From Clostridiales bacterium GWF2_38_85 (lineage in GTDB: Bacteria > Bacillota > Clostridia > Oscillospirales > CAG-382), in contig MGOY01000008.1 of NCBI GenBank assembly GCA_001797275.1, forward strand, positions 14,083 to 78,082: a DNA stretch of 64,000 nt, given 5' to 3'. The notes beneath the pieces are model-generated. The model saw only the letters and a program-made list of their open reading frames with translations, did not search any database and was not told the origin of the DNA. Every line of letters begins with the position of its first letter. Within the stretch, counting starts at the first letter, position 1. The position numbers were made by a program, and so were the translations under genes. Shown one piece after another: positions 57,669 through 64,000 of the stretch.

Positions 57669-58914
57669 AAGGTATACAACAATAGCAATATACTGCTTTT
57701 TGGTAATACTTGCATCCAGTTCTTCTATTTTAATAATAAGCAATTTCAATGCTGTTAGCTCTACTGTGGGATGGTTTATCGGAATACTGTCACCTTTCAT
57801 TGGCGGTTTTGCTATAGCTTATATGCTAAACCCCATAATAATGATGTTTGAAACAAAACTCCTAAAACATCTCTCTTTAAAAAAACTACGCAGAGGAATT
57901 TCTCTGTTACTGACATACAGTATATCAATAATTTTTATAACTATGTTGATAATAAATATTATTCCTCAGCTTCAAAGCAGTATAACAACTCTAATATCAA
58001 ATTCTACGAATTATATTGATAACATTAACAATTATTTTCTCGATCTTGCTAAAGAAAATCCCTGGCTAAAGGAACCGTTTAATTCTGCAGCCGATTATCT
58101 TGAAGAATTGATAAAAAATTCCGGTGATATAATAAAAAACATTATTCCTACAGTTTTATCAATAACAACAAGTGTATCAAACATATTGATTGCGATTGTT
58201 GCTTCGATATATCTTCTGGCAGCAAAGGAAAAAATGCTGTCTCAATCGAGAAAAATGCTTTTTGCATTCGCACATAAATCCACTGCCGAAAGACTTCTTG
58301 GAATAAGCTCATTCACAAATGATTGCTTCAATAAATTCATCTCCGGACAAATTTATGTATCATTAATTACAGGTACAATAACCTTTATTGTAGCATCATT
58401 TATGGGCGTTCCATATCCGCTTATTATGGCATTCATTATTGCAATAACGAATATTATACCATTCTTCGGGCCGATAATAGGCAGTGTACTGTGTATTTTT
58501 ATCGTACTTCTCGTTAATCCGGTACAAGCTTTGTGGTTCGGTATATTTATTATAATCCTTCAACAGATAGACAGCAACATCATAAGCCCTCGTATAATCG
58601 GCGGCAGTATCGGATTAGCTCCGTTCTGGGTTATGTTTTCGATCATCATCAGCGGCGCGTTATTCGGCTTCGCCGGTCTGGTATTTGGTGTCCCGCTTTT
58701 CACAGTTATATACAGCCTCATAAGAATTACGATAAATGATAAATTAGCCGAAAAAGGGTTACCTGCAAACGAAACCGATTATTATGAAAAATACGAGGTA
58801 GTCGATAACCATTTCAGAGTTCCCGATGAAATTAAAAAAAAGCGAATGTTTAAACTGCCATTCATAAAAAAGAAAAATAATAAAAGTGATATAAAGGAAG
58901 ACAGCTCAAAATGA
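57649..58914 (+). CDS. AI-2E family transporter (PerM-like permease)
   Basis: Polytopic membrane protein with the typical length and a PFFGPIIG motif region. Confidence 0.8.
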   Translation: MKIQWDKRYTTIAIYCFLVILASSSSILIISNFNAVSSTVGWFIGILSPFIGGFAIAYMLNPIIMMFETKLLKHLSLKKLRRGISLLLTYSISIIFITMLIINIIPQLQSSITTLISNSTNYIDNINNYFLDLAKENPWLKEPFNSAADYLEELIKNSGDIIKNIIPTVLSITTSVSNILIAIVASIYLLAAKEKMLSQSRKMLFAFAHKSTAERLLGISSFTNDCFNKFISGQIYVSLITGTITFIVASFMGVPYPLIMAFIIAITNIIPFFGPIIGSVLCIFIVLLVNPVQALWFGIFIIILQQIDSNIISPRIIGGSIGLAPFWVMFSIIISGALFGFAGLVFGVPLFTVIYSLIRITINDKLAEKGLPANETDYYEKYEVVDNHFRVPDEIKKKRMFKLPFIKKKNNKSDIKEDSSK

Positions 58915-60848
58915 AAGAAAAATTTTATATAACGACAGCAATTGTTTACTCATCAAAAAAACCGCACATCGGTAATATATATGATCCAATTATGGCTGAC
59001 TGCATTGCAAGATACAAAAGACTTGCCGGTTATGATGTTTTTTACCTCACCGGCACTGATGAACACGGTCAAAAAATACAAGCAGAAGCTGAAAAAGCAG
59101 GTATTACTCCGCAACAGTATGTTGATAATATAGCAGGTGAAATCAAGGGTATCTGGGATAAATTCAAGATCAGTTATGATAAATTCATACGGACGACCGA
59201 TGAAGACCATATAAAGTGTGTTCAGAGTATTTTCAAACGTTTATACGAGCAAGGTGATATTTATAAAAGCAGTTATGAAGGTATGTATTGTACTCCTTGC
59301 GAATCCTTTTGGACTGAATCCCAACTTGTAGACGGATGCTGTCCCGATTGTGGAGCACCTGTTGTAAAAGCAAGCGAAGAAGCATATTTCTTGAAGCTGT
59401 CCAAATATCAGGATAAGCTGATGAGACATATTGAGGAAAACATTGATTTCATATTGCCGGTTTCGAGAAAAAATGAGATGATAAACAACTTTCTCAAACC
59501 CGGACTTAATGACCTTTGTGTTTCAAGAACATCCTTCAACTGGGGTATTCCGGTTGAATTTGATGATAAACATGTTATCTATGTCTGGATTGACGCTCTT
59601 TCGAACTATATTACAGGTATCGGGTATGATATAGACAATCCTTCAGACAGCTACAAAAAATACTGGTCTTGTGATCTTCATGTTATCGGTAAGGATATAA
59701 TCAGATTCCATACAATTTATTGGCCAATAATACTTCTTGCTCTCGGTGAACCTCTTCCCAAAACAGTTTTAGGTCATCCATGGCTGCTCTCGGGTAACGT
59801 TAAGATGAGCAAATCCAAGGGTAATGTAATGTACGGCGATGATTTAGTCGATATTTTCGGTCTTGATCCGATTCGTTATTATCTTCTCAGCGAGTTATCA
59901 TATGGAAACGATGGCAACATAACCTTCGAAAGCGTAATCGGCAGAACAAATACAGACCTTGCAAACACACTTGGTAACCTGGTCAGCAGAACTGCTGCGA
60001 TGATTAAACAGAATTTCAACGGTGTGATACCTAAAATAGATGAGCTTTCAGCAATAGACGAAGAATTAAATGCGAATGTTGCATATGCAGCTCGGCGTGC
60101 GACTGCCTTGCTTGATGATTACAAGCTCGCTGATTCACTTGAGAGCATCATGCAGATATTCAGACATTGCAATAAATATATCGATGATACAACGCCCTGG
60201 GTACTTGCAAAGAACGAGGATGACAGACAAAAGCTCGGAACTGTCCTCTCCTGCCTTGTAGAGAATATCAAGATCGGAACAATACTTCTAACACCGTTTA
60301 TTCCTGATACAAGCGAAAAAATCAGTAAGATATTTGGCTTTGAAATCGACAGTCTCGAAAAAGCACAGCTTAACTTCAGTTGTATCGGAAATACAATAAA
60401 TAATACTGAAATTTTGTTTGCCAGAATCGATGAAAAGAAGAAACTCGAGGAAATTAATAAATTCCTTTCTTCAAAATATCCGAAGAAGGAAGAGCCTAAA
60501 GCTGAGGTTAAAGAGGAAAAAGTTGCTGAACCTATTGATATCAATGACTTTGCTAAAGTAAGTTTAAAGGTTGCTCAGGTTTTAGAATGTGAGCCAGTAC
60601 CGAAGTCAGATAAATTGTTGAAGCTGATTGTTGATATTGGAACAGAAAAAAGACAGGTTGTTTCGGGTATTGCGAAGTATTATAAACCCGAACAGCTTAT
60701 CGGGAAGAAAATAATTCTTGTTGCAAACCTGAAACCTGCGAAACTCAGAGGAGTTGAGAGCAATGGCATGATACTCACTTCAGGCGAGGATGATGTCAAG
60801 GTCGTTTTCATTGATGACAGCGTACCAAACGGAGCTACTGTACGATAA
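58911..60848 (+). CDS. metG: methionine--tRNA ligase (with a C-terminal tRNA-binding domain)
   Basis: HIGN, zinc knuckles CTPCE...CPDCG, KMSKS and a C-terminal EMAP/Trbp111-like domain. Confidence 0.96.
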   Translation: MKEKFYITTAIVYSSKKPHIGNIYDPIMADCIARYKRLAGYDVFYLTGTDEHGQKIQAEAEKAGITPQQYVDNIAGEIKGIWDKFKISYDKFIRTTDEDHIKCVQSIFKRLYEQGDIYKSSYEGMYCTPCESFWTESQLVDGCCPDCGAPVVKASEEAYFLKLSKYQDKLMRHIEENIDFILPVSRKNEMINNFLKPGLNDLCVSRTSFNWGIPVEFDDKHVIYVWIDALSNYITGIGYDIDNPSDSYKKYWSCDLHVIGKDIIRFHTIYWPIILLALGEPLPKTVLGHPWLLSGNVKMSKSKGNVMYGDDLVDIFGLDPIRYYLLSELSYGNDGNITFESVIGRTNTDLANTLGNLVSRTAAMIKQNFNGVIPKIDELSAIDEELNANVAYAARRATALLDDYKLADSLESIMQIFRHCNKYIDDTTPWVLAKNEDDRQKLGTVLSCLVENIKIGTILLTPFIPDTSEKISKIFGFEIDSLEKAQLNFSCIGNTINNTEILFARIDEKKKLEEINKFLSSKYPKKEEPKAEVKEEKVAEPIDINDFAKVSLKVAQVLECEPVPKSDKLLKLIVDIGTEKRQVVSGIAKYYKPEQLIGKKIILVANLKPAKLRGVESNGMILTSGEDDVKVVFIDDSVPNGATVR

Positions 60849-61609
60849 TGTTTGACTCTCATGCACACTACGACGATAAAAAATTTGACACCGACAGACA
60901 CGAGCTGCTGTCGGTGCTTCAATCAAATATCAAAATAGAAGGAATTATAAATGCTGCTACTGATATTAAAAGCTGCGAACAAATAATAGCACTTTCCGAG
61001 CAGTACAGCAAGCTTTATTCTGCGATCGGAGTTCACCCGCATGAAACAAGTGAAGTCAAAGAAAGCTATATTGGCAAGCTGAAAGCTTTTGCAAAGAATG
61101 AAAAGGTTGTTGCAATCGGTGAAATCGGATTGGATTTTCATTATGACTTTTCACCGAGAGACATTCAACGACGTTTATTTGAGGATCAGATGATTCTTGC
61201 TGAAGAATTAAAACTGCCTGTAATAATTCATGATCGTGAAGCTCATGGTGAATGTGTTGCTATGACTGAGAAATTTCCCAATGTTATCGGAGTTTTTCAC
61301 AGCTTTTCGGGAAGCACAGAGACAGCGAAAATACTGTTGAACAAAGGATGGTATATATCCTTCAACGGGATTATAACCTTCAAGAATGCAACAAATTTGC
61401 GTTCTGTTGTACCAAATATACCTGATGATAGGCTACTTGTCGAAACAGACTGCCCGTATCTTGCACCTGTTCCCCATCGTGGCGAAAGAAATAACAGCAG
61501 ACATATGAAGCATACAATCATTGAGCTTGCTCAGCTACGTGGACAAAGCTTTGAATATATTGAAAAAATAACAACCGAAAATGCAAAAAGACTTTTCGGA
61601 ATAGAATAA
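60848..61609 (+). CDS. tatD: TatD family hydrolase
   Basis: Motifs FDSHAHY, EIGLDFHY, HSFSG and ETDCPYL. Confidence 0.92.
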   Translation: MFDSHAHYDDKKFDTDRHELLSVLQSNIKIEGIINAATDIKSCEQIIALSEQYSKLYSAIGVHPHETSEVKESYIGKLKAFAKNEKVVAIGEIGLDFHYDFSPRDIQRRLFEDQMILAEELKLPVIIHDREAHGECVAMTEKFPNVIGVFHSFSGSTETAKILLNKGWYISFNGIITFKNATNLRSVVPNIPDDRLLVETDCPYLAPVPHRGERNNSRHMKHTIIELAQLRGQSFEYIEKITTENAKRLFGIE

Positions 61610-61717
61610 GAAACAAGGAATTTAGCGTGAAAAATATACAATGCAAAGATACAGTGGCGCGTATCTCCATGTATTATTCATGACTATTTTTGCCCGAAAC
61701 AGGGCATGGAGATTATA
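61610..61717 (+). promoter_or_regulatory. structured leader of the radical-SAM gene with the TAGCGTGAAAAAT box and an anti-SD/SD pairing option
   Basis: TAGCGTGAAAAAT at 61623-61635. ATCTCCATG (61663-61671) is exactly complementary to CATGGAGAT (61705-61713), which contains the SD. Confidence 0.5.
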
Positions 61718-62320
61718 ATGCTGACTATAACTTACATTGTCGACAACTCGCTTTATGTCAACATAACAAACCGCTGTACAAACAACTGCGATTTCTGTAT
61801 CCGAAATAATGGGGATGGAGCATATGGCAGCAACAGCTTATGGCTCGAACGTGAACCGACAGTTGATGAAATTTACAATGATATCATGAAATATCAACTC
61901 GATAAATACGATGAACTGATATTCTGCGGATACGGTGAACCGACAATGCGTGTTTACGACCTCGTTGAAGTCGCAAAAAAAGTTAAGGCGGCATCGAATA
62001 TTCATATACGGATTAATACGAACGGACATGCCAATCTTGTTCACCGCACAGATGTAACTCCCCTTTTCGAAGGAATAATTGATACTGTATCTATCAGTCT
62101 TAACAATGCCAATAAAGAGGATTACAACAGTATCTGCCACCCAGCATATAAAAATGCATATGAAAAGATGATAGAATTTACTGCTCTTTGTTCAAAACAT
62201 GTAGAAAATGTCGTTATGTCTGTGGTCCACGGTACGATCCCAGATGAGAATCTTGAGAAGTGCAGAATTATCGCAGAAAATGCAGGTGCAAAGCTCAGAA
62301 TCCGTGAATACATCTCATAA
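61718..62320 (+). CDS. TatD-associated radical SAM protein (TIGR04038-like)
   Basis: CTNNCDFC (CxxxCxxC) near the N-terminus. Lies immediately downstream of tatD. An alternative start lies at 61706. Confidence 0.8.
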   Translation: MLTITYIVDNSLYVNITNRCTNNCDFCIRNNGDGAYGSNSLWLEREPTVDEIYNDIMKYQLDKYDELIFCGYGEPTMRVYDLVEVAKKVKAASNIHIRINTNGHANLVHRTDVTPLFEGIIDTVSISLNNANKEDYNSICHPAYKNAYEKMIEFTALCSKHVENVVMSVVHGTIPDENLEKCRIIAENAGAKLRIREYIS

Positions 62321-62432
62321 ATAGCTTCCTTTAAAAGTGTGAACAAACTGAAAACTTTGGCAAATATGCTTGTTTTTAATGAGCTTTTGATGTAAAATTA
62401 GATGTTGAAAAAACAATATGGAGGTCTTATAT

Positions 62433-63446
62433 ATGACAGTAAAAGTTGCTATTAATGGTTTTGGCCGTATAGGTCGTCTTGCGTTCAGACAGATGTTCGG
62501 CACACAGAGTTACGAAATTGTAGCTATAAACGATCTTACAGACGCGAAGATGCTCGCTCATCTTCTTAAGTATGATTCCGCTCAAGGTAGATATGTTCTT
62601 GGCGACACAGTAGTTGCAAAAGAGTCTTCGATCGTAGTTGACGGAAAAGAAATTCAGATTTATGCAAAAGCAAATCCTGCTGAGCTCCCCTGGAAAGAAC
62701 TCGGTGTTGATGTTGTTCTCGAATGTACGGGTTTCTTTACTTCTAAAGCAAAAGCTCAGGCACACATAGATGCAGGCGCTAAAAAGGTTGTTGTTTCCGC
62801 TCCTGCAGGAAATGATCTTCCCACAATCGTCTTCAGCGTAAACGAAAATACACTTACTGCTGCTGATACAATCATTTCAGCTGCTTCCTGCACAACAAAC
62901 TGCCTCGCTCCTATGGCAGATACCCTTAACAAATTAGCTCCTATTCAAAAGGGCTTTATGACAACTATCCATGCTTATACAGGCGATCAGATGGTTCTTG
63001 ACGGCCCTCACAGAAAAGGCGATCTTAGAAGAGCAAGAGCTGCTGCCGCAAACATCGTTCCTAACTCAACAGGCGCTGCAAAAGCTATCGGTCTTGTTAT
63101 TCCCGAGCTTGCAGGAAAACTTGACGGTGCTGCTCAGCGTGTTCCTGTAATTACAGGCTCAGTTACAGAACTTGTCGCTGTTTGCACAGGTGCTGTTACA
63201 GTTGCTGATGTAAACGCCGCGATGAAAGCTGCTGCTTCTGCATCCTTCGGATACAACGTAGATGAGATCGTTTCTTCCGATGTTATTGGTATCAAATATG
63301 GTTCGTTGTTTGATTCCACACAAACAAAGGTAACTTCTCTTGGCGATGATAAAACACTTGTTAAAGTTGTTTCATGGTATGATAACGAAAACTCATACAC
63401 AAGCCAGATGGTAAGAACAATTAAGTACTTTGCTGAATTAAAGTAA
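62433..63446 (+). CDS. gap: type I glyceraldehyde-3-phosphate dehydrogenase
   Basis: INGFGRIGR and [10 protein letters not shown]. Start follows GGAGG. Confidence 0.97.
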   Translation: MTVKVAINGFGRIGRLAFRQMFGTQSYEIVAINDLTDAKMLAHLLKYDSAQGRYVLGDTVVAKESSIVVDGKEIQIYAKANPAELPWKELGVDVVLECTGFFTSKAKAQAHIDAGAKKVVVSAPAGNDLPTIVFSVNENTLTAADTIISAASCTTNCLAPMADTLNKLAPIQKGFMTTIHAYTGDQMVLDGPHRKGDLRRARAAAANIVPNSTGAAKAIGLVIPELAGKLDGAAQRVPVITGSVTELVAVCTGAVTVADVNAAMKAAASASFGYNVDEIVSSDVIGIKYGSLFDSTQTKVTSLGDDKTLVKVVSWYDNENSYTSQMVRTIKYFAELK

Positions 63447-63466
63447 ATTATTTATTAAGCTAAATA

Positions 63467-63500
63467 AATCCCGACGGTTGATTCCGTCGGGATTTTTCTT
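63467..63500. terminator. bidirectional intrinsic terminator
   Basis: AAATCCCGACGG(N5)CCGTCGGGATTT followed by TTTCTT. Confidence 0.85.
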
Positions 63501-63510
63501 CTATTTCTTA

Positions 63511-64000
63511 TTATTCTTCATCTTGCAATGCATCGTAGCCTTCCTCACCGGATCTGATTTTTACAACGTTTTCAACATCATAAATAAATATTTTCCCGTC
63601 TCCAAGTTGACCGGTATATAAAGCTTTCTTAGCTGTTTCGATAACTGTACGAGGTGATATCTTACTGACCACTATATCAATCTGAACCTTTGGCATAAGG
63701 TCCTCGTCAACTTTTACACCGCGATAATACTTATCTTTATCATGCTTAAACGTACACCCGAGTACATTTGTTACTGTCATACCCCTGACACCAATAGCAA
63801 TCATTGCTTCTTTTAATACTTCAAATTTACTCTGTTTTGTTATAATAGACAGCATTGTCATTTTAACATCACTTGAAATAACATTTCTATCGTTCTTCAA
63901 TTCTACGGGAATAGCTTCATCAATAGGTGTATCACCTGTTATTTCCGATGTAATACCAATCGATTCGGGAGCCATCAAAAACCCATCATATGCTGATACA
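63511..64000 (-). CDS. P-II family nitrogen regulator domain; the frame stays open to the window edge (possibly fused to an upstream domain)
   Basis: MTMLSIITK..EVLKEAM.AIGVRGMTV.NV.G...YRG...TGQLGDGKIFIYDVE (T-loop and B-loop patterns). There is no stop between 63978 and 64000 in this frame. Confidence 0.7.
   Translation of the reverse strand, partial: VSAYDGFLMAPESIGITSEITGDTPIDEAIPVELKNDRNVISSDVKMTMLSIITKQSKFEVLKEAMIAIGVRGMTVTNVLGCTFKHDKDKYYRGVKVDEDLMPKVQIDIVVSKISPRTVIETAKKALYTGQLGDGKIFIYDVENVVKIRSGEEGYDALQDEE

Noticed and set aside
1-64000. Search for CRISPR arrays, tRNA/rRNA genes, transposases, integrases, phage genes and known defence-system signatures
   Set aside because: No regularly spaced direct repeats, no tRNA-like T-arm motifs in intergenic regions, and no ORF resembling recombinases, reverse transcriptases, nucleases or known defence hallmarks were seen.

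Overview
Low-GC Firmicutes chromosome, most consistent with class Clostridia. No rRNA, tRNA, CRISPR array, transposase or integrase was found. The window is mostly core genome. (1) 1-7.1 kb, minus strand: pyrH-frr-uppS-cdsA-dxr-rseP-ispG and the 5' part of polC, which the ORF track missed because it runs off the window. (2) 35-50.7 kb, minus strand: complete S10-spc-alpha ribosomal protein cluster from rpsJ to rplQ, with secY, adk, map, infA, rpmJ (hand-called) and rpoA. (3) 51.8-63.4 kb, plus strand: TSCPD protein, phosphoglucomutase, rpsB-tsf, CPBP protease, tadA, AI-2E transporter, metG, tatD with its associated radical-SAM gene, and gap. Accessory material lies between these blocks: an HExxH lipoprotein, a murein-peptide recycling trio, proS, a 1012-aa repeat-rich surface protein, MFS/GDPD/AlkD-like genes, an AraC/GH127 pair and a Cache-GGDEF cyclase. 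At 26.7-34.1 kb there is a tightly packed minus-strand island of about 10 phosphoesterase, kinase, NUDIX, HAD and GrpB genes. The most unusual signals are non-coding. An 11-13 nt box TAGCGTGAAAA(A)T heads four leaders, always on the strand of the downstream gene, and two of these leaders are about 80% identical and carry compensatory hairpin changes. A family of nested AT-rich palindromic elements has at least two full and two to three decayed copies. There are also structured leaders at the radical-SAM gene (anti-SD/SD pairing), rpsB, the S10 operon (interleaved GC helices) and the rpsB-tsf spacer (a hairpin between the strong SD and the start codon). Other observations are a frameshifted PPase-NUDIX gene, a decayed J-domain gene, and a roughly 48.7-kb inversion-like split of the canonical rpsB-tsf|pyrH junction. 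All calls rest on reading translations and motifs by eye. No database search or folding computation was run.
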